Shown here one piece after another: positions 8,214 through 15,464 of a stretch of 15,464 nucleotides of DNA; position 1 is the stretch's first letter; every line of letters starts with the position of its first letter. The translations under genes and the position numbers were made by a program. The stretch spans positions 1 to 15,464 of the forward strand of contig JASLZZ010000053.1 of the NCBI GenBank assembly GCA_030754595.1. The letters are read 5' to 3'. Origin of the DNA: Nitrospinota bacterium. Its GTDB lineage: Bacteria; UBA8248. Below the pieces are notes generated by a model. That model was not told the origin of the DNA. It did not search any database and worked only from the letters and a program-made list of their open reading frames with translations.

Positions 8214-9521
8214 ATGGTCGATATCCGGCCCTTTCGCGGGCTGCGCCACGCCGGAATTTCTCCCGATAAAATTGGGGATATGACTTCGCCTCCCTACGAC
8301 GTTTTCTCTCCTGAGTTGCGGAGCGCCTACCTTGAGCGCCATCCGCATAATGTTGTTCGCCTCATTCTAGGCGAAATTCTGGACGGCGAGGCGGATGATT
8401 CCGGGCGAATTGGCCGCGCCGTGGGCTATATGACCGACTGGCGGCGGGAGGGGATTCTCGCCGCCGACGAGAAACCCGCCCTTTACCCCTACCGTCAGAT
8501 ATTCTCGTTGCCGGATGGAACAAGGCTCGAACGGCGGGCGTTTTTTACTTCTGTCCGGCTCGAAAAGTACGGCGAGGGCAAGATTTTTCCGCACGAGCAA
8601 ACTTTCGCCAAGACGAAAGGATTTTTGTTCGATCTCTATAGCGGATGTGGAGCGCACTTCGGCCCCATCTTTTCTTTTTACGACGATCCCGAGGACGGCG
8701 CGACAATAGCCCTTGCCGCTTCAATGGAGGGCGCGCCGATCGCCGATTTCGAGGAAGAGGACGTGCGCCACACGCTCTGGCGATGCGAGGACCCATCAGC
8801 CATCGAGGCCGCTCAAAAAGCGCTGGCCGACAGGGAGGCTTTTATCGCGGACGGGCATCACCGATACGAAACTTCCCTGAATATCCAGGAGGCCGCCCGG
8901 AAAAATGGCGTGAATAATAACGATGAGGTGGACTGCACGCTTATGTGTCTGGCGAATGTGTCGGATCCCGGAATGGTTGTCTTGCCCACTCACCGGCTAT
9001 TGAAAATAATCGGCTCGCCGGTTGAGGCCGCGCTCGCGTCCCTGGAGGGAGCTTACGAAGTGACCGAAGAGCCTGCGCCGGCGGAGGGCGAAGGCGAGGC
9101 GGTGGCTAAGCGCCTTCGAGAGCTGGGGAGCGGGGGACGCACGGCGTTTTGCTTTTTCTCCGGTGAAGGTCCTCTGCGTTACCTTGTCAGAAAAGAGAAC
9201 CCCCAGACGGATGCCGGCGATATCGCCGAGACTATCGCTTCCCTCGATGTCAGCCGTCTTCATGCCGATGTCGTGGACAGCGCCCTCGCGGCCTCGCACG
9301 ATGAAGCCGACATCGCCTTCACGCCCGATCCCGAGGCAGCTGTTGCCGCTGCGCGCTCGGGTGAGTGCGCGGTTTCTTTGCTGCTCAACCCGACTCCGAT
9401 CCAGTCGGTGGTGAAAATCGCCAAGGCCGGCGGCAAGATGCCCCACAAGTCCACCTACTTTTTTCCGAAACTCAGGACCGGCCTGGTCTTCCACGCCTTC
9501 GCGCCCCCCGCGATGGATTGA
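8214..9521 (+). CDS. DUF1015 family protein (ParB/sulfiredoxin-like fold)
   Basis: IRPFRGLR, SPPYDV, IFPHEQT, FIADGHHRYET, VLPTHRL and MPHKSTYFFPK motifs. AAGGAG RBS. Confidence 0.92.
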   Translation: MVDIRPFRGLRHAGISPDKIGDMTSPPYDVFSPELRSAYLERHPHNVVRLILGEILDGEADDSGRIGRAVGYMTDWRREGILAADEKPALYPYRQIFSLPDGTRLERRAFFTSVRLEKYGEGKIFPHEQTFAKTKGFLFDLYSGCGAHFGPIFSFYDDPEDGATIALAASMEGAPIADFEEEDVRHTLWRCEDPSAIEAAQKALADREAFIADGHHRYETSLNIQEAARKNGVNNNDEVDCTLMCLANVSDPGMVVLPTHRLLKIIGSPVEAALASLEGAYEVTEEPAPAEGEGEAVAKRLRELGSGGRTAFCFFSGEGPLRYLVRKENPQTDAGDIAETIASLDVSRLHADVVDSALAASHDEADIAFTPDPEAAVAAARSGECAVSLLLNPTPIQSVVKIAKAGGKMPHKSTYFFPKLRTGLVFHAFAPPAMD

Positions 9522-9531
9522 GGTCCTCCTG

Positions 9532-10143
9532 GTGATGAAGTTCGAGTCGGCCGAATTTATCACCAGCGCCGCCGATCGCCGCGGCTGGATCGCCGAGGAA
9601 GCCTCCGAGATCGCCATCGCCGGGCGCAGCAATGTCGGCAAGTCCACCCTTATCAACACGCTCTGCCGCCGAAAAAAACTTGCCAAGACCAGCGGCACGC
9701 CCGGCAAAACCCAACTCATCAACTTCTTCCGGATTGACGGCGTCTCCATCCTCGTCGATTTGCCCGGCTACGGGTTCGCCAAGGTTCCCGTCGCGGTCAA
9801 GAACAATTGGCGGCGCATGGTCGAGGCATACCTGAAAGAGCGAGAGGCGTTGCGCGGGGTGGTCGTCCTGGTTGATGCGCGGCGCGGGGCGAGGGAGATG
9901 GACCTGGATCTTGTCGAATGGCTCGCCGAGGCCGGCCTTCCCGCTTGTCTTGTTCTCACCAAAATCGACAAACTCAAGCAAAGAGAACGGAAAATCGCCG
10001 CCGACGAACTGACAAAAACCCTCATCGAGGGCGGCGAGCGCTTTGGCCGCTGGTCCGGGCCGATCCTCACCAGCGCCGAGAAAGGCTGGGGCCGCAAGGA
10101 ACTTGTTGTGCAGTTGAATGAGTGGCTGGAGGAGGAACGGTGA
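9532..10143 (+). CDS. engB: Ribosome biogenesis GTP-binding protein YihA/YsxC
   Basis: GRSNVGKSTLIN (G1), TPGKTQLINFF, VDLPGYG (G3), LTKIDK (G4), TSA (G5). Confidence 0.96.
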   Translation: MMKFESAEFITSAADRRGWIAEEASEIAIAGRSNVGKSTLINTLCRRKKLAKTSGTPGKTQLINFFRIDGVSILVDLPGYGFAKVPVAVKNNWRRMVEAYLKEREALRGVVVLVDARRGAREMDLDLVEWLAEAGLPACLVLTKIDKLKQRERKIAADELTKTLIEGGERFGRWSGPILTSAEKGWGRKELVVQLNEWLEEER

Positions 10144-10232
10144 TCGCCGACAAGAATTTTTCCGGCGCACCGCCGAAACGGTTTTGGTATATTGATTCAG
10201 GTTCGTAGAATTTTCCCCGACAATCCAAAGTC

Positions 10233-11303
10233 TTGAGCGAGATTGCCGTGCCCTCGAAAAAAAAAGCCGCGAAAGCGATTTCGAAAAAAAACACAAAAAA
10301 AACCACTGCGAAAAAAACGCCGGCCAAGAAGTCCACGGCGAAAAAGAAAAAAGCCCCCGTCAACGTGATGGGCTGGAAGCCGGGGGTGCCCAGGGAAAAG
10401 CCCAAGGGCTGGGTCTACGATGGCCCGCTCCGGGTGAATGCAAAACCGAAGAAAAGCGATCTGATTTTCTTTGGGGTGGGGGGTGTGCCCCATTCTGCCG
10501 ACCCAAAGAGCCATCCCGAGGCGGTGCGCAGACTGCGAGAGCTGGGCCTGGGCGTCTACGAAATGGAATTTGTTCACGGGGTGCGCATCAGGCCCGAGAC
10601 CTGCGATGAAGTGATGGCTGCGCAGAAAGAAACCGGCGTCCATGTCACCGCGCACGGCCCCTACTACATTAATCTTTACTCGTTGGAAGACGAGAAGGTC
10701 GAGGCGAGCCGGAAGCGCGTACTCGATACCGCGCGCGCGCTCGAGGCCTGCGGCGGCGACGGCGCTTGTTTTCATCCGGGATTTTATCAAAAGCGCGATC
10801 CCGCCGAGGTGTACGCCTTCATGGAAAAACAGATCGGCGAGCTAGCCGATATTCTGAAAAAGGAAGGATGTCCGGTCCGGCTCGACCCGGAAACGACAGG
10901 CAAGGAGAGCCAGTTCGGATCGCTCTCCGAGTTGTGCGATATGGGTGGGACGCTCAAGGGAAAGAACACCGGCATCACCATCGACTTCGCGCACATTCAT
11001 GCGCGGACGGCGGGGGCGAACAATACCTACGATGAGTTCGCGGGCCAGCTCGAATTGATGAAAAACAAAATGGGCGAGAAAGCGCTCGCCTCGATGCACA
11101 TCCATCTTTCGGGCATCGCCTATACCGAGAAAGGCGAGGCGCACCATCTGGAACTCGACGATTCGGACATGAACTACGAAGATCTGTTTCGGGCACTGAT
11201 TGATTTTGGCGCCTCGGGGCGGGTGGTTTGCGAGAGTCCGGCGCTAGAGTACGATGCCCTCATCATGCAGAAAGCCTACCGCCGACTGAACGGGAGTGGA
11301 TAG
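10233..11303 (+). CDS. nfo: Endonuclease IV family TIM-barrel protein (archaeal-type) with Lys-rich N-terminal extension
   Basis: AHGPYYINL, FHPGFY, PETTGKESQFGSLSE, IDFAHIHAR, HIHLSGI...GEAHH and CESP motifs. Start is uncertain (TTG 10233, GTG 10248 or ATG 10368). A TGnTATATT extended -10 lies at 10185-10193. Confidence 0.85.
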   Translation: MSEIAVPSKKKAAKAISKKNTKKTTAKKTPAKKSTAKKKKAPVNVMGWKPGVPREKPKGWVYDGPLRVNAKPKKSDLIFFGVGGVPHSADPKSHPEAVRRLRELGLGVYEMEFVHGVRIRPETCDEVMAAQKETGVHVTAHGPYYINLYSLEDEKVEASRKRVLDTARALEACGGDGACFHPGFYQKRDPAEVYAFMEKQIGELADILKKEGCPVRLDPETTGKESQFGSLSELCDMGGTLKGKNTGITIDFAHIHARTAGANNTYDEFAGQLELMKNKMGEKALASMHIHLSGIAYTEKGEAHHLELDDSDMNYEDLFRALIDFGASGRVVCESPALEYDALIMQKAYRRLNGSG

Positions 11304-11306
11304 TTA

Positions 11307-11369
11307 ATTCAACAAGTTACGATGACATCGAAACCGCCCTGCTTGCCTTGGTGCCCATATAGGCGTCCA
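11307..11369 (-). promoter_or_regulatory. Putative att-arm region: integrase arm-type direct repeats plus IHF-like site
   Basis: Minus strand TGGACGCCTA-TA-TGGGCACCAA (11348-11369) at the integrase 3' end. ATTCAACAAGTTA (11307-11319) has one mismatch to WATCAANNNNTTR. Confidence 0.5.
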
Positions 11370-12261
11370 AAAGCTGGACTGTGGACGCTTTATTGTCGGC
11401 GCTAAGGTGGGAATATCGGAGGGTCATTTTGATGTCTTTGTGCCCGAGCAACTCCCTCACGGTGACTAAATCACCCCCCGCCATGACCAAACGGGATGCG
11501 AAGGTATGCCACAGGTCGTGGAAGCGGAAATCATCGATCTGAGCGTCCTCCAGGGCTTTCTGGAACCCCTTCCTAACGTCAATTAGATGCTCGCCAGTCC
11601 TCCCCGGAAAGACGAATACCGAACCGAACCGCCGGGGTATCCCATTGAGGGTCGTCCTGAGGGTTTCGTTCATGGAAATTTCCCGGCTCTCTCCATTTTT
11701 GGAATCAACCACCCGAACAACCCCATTTTGAAAATCCACTTCTTTCCATTTCAAACGAAATATCTCACCGCGCCGCATCCTCGTGTTCAATGCCACCTGT
11801 ATGAGTGAGTAGAGGGTCCCCCCCGCCGCCCCAAAGAGCCTTTCGCTCTCCTCGTCAGTTAAATAGCGGCATCTTCTGTCCTCAACGTGAAGGTTGCGAA
11901 AATGCTGAACGGGATTTTCCGTCGCTAAACCCCACTCAATGGCCTTAGTAAACATGCCGCGCAGGACAGCCATTTCCCGGTTAACTGTGCCGGACTTGCA
12001 GGTGCCGGACCGCTCCTGGGCGAGAGCATCAACTTTTAACGGAGTGATCTCACTTGTGCGGATGCTTCCAAAATACTTCTCGAATTGTCGGACTCGGTAT
12101 TCATCACTCTTTACTCCTCGGTGTTGTGCTTTGGCCCATTCCAGATAGAGGCGAGCCAACTTGGGAAAGGTGCATATGGGTTGTGTTTTTTTGTCCAGAA
12201 ACTTGTTTTCGGCGATCTCAACCTTTCGCTTAGCCAGCGTATCAGAGGCTACTTTCTTCAT
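11317..12261 (-). pseudogene. Phage-type tyrosine recombinase/integrase, 5'-truncated and with catalytic-motif substitutions
   Basis: TVNRE, NTRMRRGE (usual TGxRxxE, G->R), DSKNG, FHDLWHT (usual HDLRH, R->W, codon TGG 11509-11511), LGHKDIKMTLRY. Integrase-like sequence ends near 12270, and the ORF-track extension to 12549 is antisense to other remnants. Confidence 0.85.
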
Positions 12262-12272
12262 GGCCTTTGTGA

Positions 12273-12422
12273 GCGGCCCGCCGAGCCTCCGGTCCGGAAC
12301 CCGACGCCGTGACGGCATCGAAACCGGCCTATTTGCTGAACAGTATCGGTCGCTCCCTCGAGGCTTACGAGATCGAGCGCCGCATCGCGGCCCTAGAGGA
12401 GCGCCAGGAGGTGAAACGATGA
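12273..12422 (+). pseudogene. 3' remnant of a phage/satellite-type small helical protein (terminase-small-subunit-like tail)
   Basis: Manual translation ...DAVTASKPAYLLNSIGRSLEAYEIERRIAALEERQEVKR*. The E-x-R-I-A-A-L-E tail overlaps the next ATG (ATGA). Confidence 0.5.
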
Positions 12423-12610
12423 AAAACCTCAAAAAGCGCATCACGCGGCTCGAAGCGGCCACGAAGGTTCCATCGGGCGAATGGCTTGAACCGGAGGAAG
12501 ACGAAACCACTGGAGCATACATGCTGCGCCTCCTTGACACGGGGCTCACCTTCGAAGAGATCTTGTCCGGCCCCCCCCGAGGAAGAAGAGACGGACGATG
12601 GTCCCATTGA
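12419..12610 (+). CDS. Small phage/satellite-type hypothetical protein (63 aa)
   Basis: Strong AGGAGGTG RBS, ATGA coupling, and an MKNLKKRITRLE N-terminus typical of small mobile-element genes. Confidence 0.6.
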   Translation: MKNLKKRITRLEAATKVPSGEWLEPEEDETTGAYMLRLLDTGLTFEEILSGPPRGRRDGRWSH

Positions 12611-12662
12611 TCAACCAGAGACAGGCGACTGACCTTGGCCTCTCCCTCCTCTTCCTCTTTTT

Positions 12663-13556
12663 TTATGCCGACATGATCAACGTTCCGCCCAAAACCACCA
12701 GTCCTGCAGCAAGAAAGGTATGCGGGGTGACGCGCTCAAGATGTCCGAGGAAGAGGTAGCTGAAGATCGCCACCCAAAGGGGCGTCATGCGGCTGAGCGG
12801 AAGGACAGTCGAGACGTTCGCGATAGCCAGGGCGGACCAAAAGCATCCGGCGGCGGCCGTGGTGGAAACCCCGGCCAGGACGAACCAGCGCAGGGCTCTG
12901 GCGTCGGCGCGTATCACCCCGCCGCCCGGCAGGAGCGGCTTCACGAGCAGGAGCAACGGGATCGACACGCCAAAGGCAAAACCGATGGCCACCATGGGCG
13001 TAGCCTGATGGGCAAAGCCCGTCTTCGCCGCGACAGGTCCGATGGCGTAAAACAGTGAAGCCGTGATGGGGAAGATGAGGGCACCTCGGGACAAGTTCTC
13101 GGAACTGCTCTCCTCTTCCGCTATGACACGTGAGATCACCATCAGTCCAGCAACGATGAGCACCGTGCCAAGCCAGACCGCAACCCCCGGACGCTCCGCC
13201 AGGAACGCGACCGCGAACAGGACGCCCCAGATGGGGGCCGAGGCCTGCACCGGCACGGCACGGCTCACCCCCAGGCGCTCAATCCCGACAAAGGAGACCA
13301 GATGACCCAGGCCCTGGCTGAGGCAGCCGCCCAGCATGAACCATAGAATGGCGGGCGGAGCGGCCTTCTGAAGCGTTCCAAGGAAGAATGCGGCAGTCAG
13401 TCCTGCCAAACTCACTATGATGTTGCCGACGAGCACCCCCGCGAGGGGGGAGCCGCTTCGGAATCCTTGGCGAAGCGCTATAAGGGCAATCGTATAGGAG
13501 AGGCCGGAGGCGAGCGCCAGGATCTCCCCGGTCCCGACGAAAGAGAAGCCGTCCAT
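12663..13556 (-). CDS. DMT/EamA family transporter
   Basis: About 10 TM segments in two repeats, with GVSRAVP...FLAERP and VSTVLPL...FLGHLERVT motifs. Confidence 0.9.
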   Translation of the reverse strand: MDGFSFVGTGEILALASGLSYTIALIALRQGFRSGSPLAGVLVGNIIVSLAGLTAAFFLGTLQKAAPPAILWFMLGGCLSQGLGHLVSFVGIERLGVSRAVPVQASAPIWGVLFAVAFLAERPGVAVWLGTVLIVAGLMVISRVIAEEESSSENLSRGALIFPITASLFYAIGPVAAKTGFAHQATPMVAIGFAFGVSIPLLLLVKPLLPGGGVIRADARALRWFVLAGVSTTAAAGCFWSALAIANVSTVLPLSRMTPLWVAIFSYLFLGHLERVTPHTFLAAGLVVLGGTLIMSA

Positions 13557-13720
13557 GCGGCGGACTATACACCTCTTGTAGAGGGAGGGGGAGGGAGGGA
13601 CTCTCCCCCACAGATCTCCCTTAACCGGGGCTGAAAGGCTTGTCTCATGTGTGGATCATTTTTGGGGGCATAATACCAATTATCAATGAGATCGATTTTT
13701 CGGCAACTACAGGGATTCAC

Positions 13721-14263
13721 ATGCCATTCTACAGTTTTTCCGAGATGGACAAAGTTCGGGCGGAAGCAAATCCCCTGAGAGAGTCCCAGACCCTGGCTGG
13801 GGAGATGATGAAGGGAGGTATCGTCACCTATCAAAAAGGTCATCACGGCTCCACACCTCACATCCATCCTGCCGAGGAGGAGCTGGCCATCATTTTTGGG
13901 GGCAGGCTTTATTTCGTGCTCGCCGATGAAGAGCGAATCATCGGGCCTGGTGATATCACTCTCATCCCGCGTAATACGAAGCATGGAAGCATTTCCCTGG
14001 GCGAGAAGGTAGTCAAATTCGTTGTGAAAAGCCCGATAGGAGACGGAAATGTGAGCCAGGATGTTCAGGTGCTCGAAAATGCCGAGGAAATTCTAAGGGA
14101 GTATGAGAAAGAGACTGGAACTGATTGTCCGCGTTTGGAACTCGAACCCCGGACCTACGGATTAAAAGTCCAGAGAAGGAAAAATCGCCTCCTCCCCAAA
14201 ACTCTAATTAAAGCAAAAGTCGGGACCTTCCTAGAGATACCTCAGAACCGTTCTTTGGCCTAG
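13721..14263 (+). CDS. Cupin-domain protein; C-terminus runs through the antisense tRNA fragment
   Basis: PHIHPAEEE and PGDITLIPRNTKHG cupin motifs. AGGGA RBS before MPFYSF. Confidence 0.85.
   Translation: MPFYSFSEMDKVRAEANPLRESQTLAGEMMKGGIVTYQKGHHGSTPHIHPAEEELAIIFGGRLYFVLADEERIIGPGDITLIPRNTKHGSISLGEKVVKFVVKSPIGDGNVSQDVQVLENAEEILREYEKETGTDCPRLELEPRTYGLKVQRRKNRLLPKTLIKAKVGTFLEIPQNRSLA
14137..14171 (-). pseudogene. Degenerate tRNA-Lys(UUU) 3' fragment, probable att site
   Basis: Minus strand GGA-CTTTTAA-TCCGT-AGGTC-CGGGG-TTCGAGT-TCC gives an anticodon loop, variable loop and T-loop. There is no D-arm or 5' acceptor strand, and the 3' T-stem and acceptor are decayed. Confidence 0.85.
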
Positions 14264-14280
14264 TGAGGCTGAGCAGCTTG

Positions 14281-14308
14281 TAAAATGTGGCCAGGATGTG
14301 GGTGAAAA
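14281..14308. repeat. Arm-type integrase-binding direct repeat candidate
   Basis: AAAATGTGGCCAGGATGTGGGTGAAAA contains ATGTGG at 14285 and 14296 (11-bp period), about 110 bp from the tRNA fragment. Confidence 0.5.
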
Positions 14309-14460
14309 ACCAGGAATAGATTTTTCATGTCGGGGAGCTTAAAAGGGCTCGTAAATAATGGCAAGACGACGAAAGGCGTGAATTCAGGCTAGAATTACTA
14401 ATTCGCCATGCACACCCTCCCCATCCGGGGGCGTCTCCGGGTGGGGGGAACTTCGCGTCC

Positions 14461-14772
14461 TCAGGCGGGGACCTCCATGCTGACAAGGGGTCCGTACTGC
14501 TGGCCGCCGTAGGCGTCACCGTCCTCGAGGTCGCACTGGAAGATGGGCCGGGGGATGGAGACCTTGATAGCGCGAGCGGCGTCGTGGTGGACGAGGAGAA
14601 CCTCCTCGACCGGAATCACGTAGATAGAGCTGAACACCTCCTTGGTCAGCACATTCGAGGCTATCACTTTCTGGTAGTTCTCTTCCTCTTCGAACATGAT
14701 GTCGAAGGTTAGGTTGAACGGGCCCGCGTTCTTCGAGCGGATGAGCGTTGCCATCTCGCCGAGCGTCGGCAT
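14461..14772 (-). CDS. DUF4387 family protein
   Basis: IRSKNAGPFNLTFDIMF, AIKVSIPRP and DAYGGQQYGPL motifs. GGAGG RBS; directly downstream of the AtuA-like gene. Confidence 0.9.
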   Translation of the reverse strand: MPTLGEMATLIRSKNAGPFNLTFDIMFEEEENYQKVIASNVLTKEVFSSIYVIPVEEVLLVHHDAARAIKVSIPRPIFQCDLEDGDAYGGQQYGPLVSMEVPA

Positions 14773-14777
14773 TTTCT

Positions 14778-15464
14778 CTATACCTCCATGAGTTCCATTG
14801 GGAACATCTCGTATGGATCGCCCGGCTCGACGACGTGGTTCATGTTGAAGCGGTACACCTCGCCCTTGTCCAACTCAGGCGGGGCGAAGGGGTAGGCCAG
14901 CCCTGAGATGAGGCCTTGCCACTCGGGGATGGGGAAATGCACGGCGAAGTGAGCGAAGGTCTGAGCAATGGATTTGGCCGTTTCGCGGTCGCGGGCCGTG
15001 ACCTCGAAGACCACTCCGACCTCGTGCGGCAGGTCGTCCGCCAACGGTTCCAGGGGGCCCATGACCGCGTCCCGCCCGTACACGCGGTGGATGATGGTGT
15101 AGTCTTCCTGATTTACCTTGCCGCCGAATATTTCCTCTATGCGGTTCTCGAACTTGGCTTTCATCCCCTCCAGCCAGGGACTCAGCTGGCGGATGATGAA
15201 GGGGTCCCGGACCCCGCCGATGACCACAAACTGGTGGCCGACACACTCCACCCCTTCTAGTTTCACGGTGTAGTCTCCGGCCTCTCGGAACTTTGAGCCG
15301 CTCACCCGGACGGCTCGGTCGCTCTCAACCGTGTACTCGGATTCGCTCGTGTCGATCACTCCTCCCGGCTCGGTGATGAAGAAGGGGTCGAAGTTTTCGT
15401 ACAGGGTGTGGGAGGCGACGCTCTGGGGCGAGCAGCGGACCTCGGGATCCATCGGCTCGATGAT
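14778..15464 (-). CDS. Acyclic terpene utilization AtuA-like (DUF1446-type) protein, C-terminal part, partial
   Basis: SVASHTLYE, YTVKLEG, GVRDP, VYGRDAVMG, AYPFAP and YRFNMNH motifs. The frame is open to the window edge, and pairing with DUF4387 is a known arrangement. Confidence 0.85.
   Translation of the reverse strand: MIEPMDPEVRCSPQSVASHTLYENFDPFFITEPGGVIDTSESEYTVESDRAVRVSGSKFREAGDYTVKLEGVECVGHQFVVIGGVRDPFIIRQLSPWLEGMKAKFENRIEEIFGGKVNQEDYTIIHRVYGRDAVMGPLEPLADDLPHEVGVVFEVTARDRETAKSIAQTFAHFAVHFPIPEWQGLISGLAYPFAPPELDKGEVYRFNMNHVVEPGDPYEMFPMELMEV

Noticed and set aside
11326..12326. 11-bp direct repeat CATCGAAACCG at 11326 and 12316 flanking most of the integrase
   Set aside because: Both copies lie inside coding remnants and do not coincide with the inferred junctions; compatible with chance.
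12262..12549. ORF-track N-terminal extension of the integrase
   Set aside because: Not integrase-like beyond about 12270; it is the antisense of the plus-strand remnant genes.
14100..14200. Intact tRNA-Lys gene
   Set aside because: No D-arm or 5' acceptor strand, and the T-stem is broken; only a fragment is present.
14231..14250. CTAGAGATACCTCAGAACC, loosely similar to the IS5 end at 213-234
   Set aside because: Similarity is too low, with no partner end or transposase.
1..15464. CRISPR array, rRNA, riboswitch or recognisable anti-phage defence genes
   Set aside because: No regularly spaced repeats or diagnostic motifs seen by eye; an Rfam/Infernal scan would be needed to exclude ncRNAs.

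Overview
GC-rich bacterial chromosomal window with three parts. (1) 1-836: the left end of an IS5-family element (minus strand, runs off the window) inserted at a CTAG inside a PpiC/PrsA-type peptidyl-prolyl isomerase gene, which also seems to carry a late frameshift. (2) 854-11303: mostly core-type genes, namely an MFS transporter, a class IV (HDAC11-like) deacetylase coupled to a family III CoA-transferase, a Gly-rich Tim44-domain protein, an LLM-class oxidoreductase coupled to a small 2-TM protein, DUF1015, engB and an archaeal-type endonuclease IV with a histone H1-like Lys-rich tail. At 7308-8045, a sigma54/IHF-type promoter precedes two tandem ~84-aa low-complexity proteins that share a C-terminal RGxx(L/V)(D/N)(I/V)xT motif. 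The second is hidden by an in-frame TAA. (3) 11307-15464: a decayed integration hotspot. It holds a 5'-truncated tyrosine integrase with a catalytic Arg->Trp change, phage-satellite-like gene remnants, EamA and cupin cargo, a degenerate tRNA-Lys(UUU) 3' fragment (att site) with arm-type repeats, and DUF4387/AtuA-like genes that probably belong to a second island extending beyond the right edge. All family assignments come from motif recognition by eye; no searches were run.
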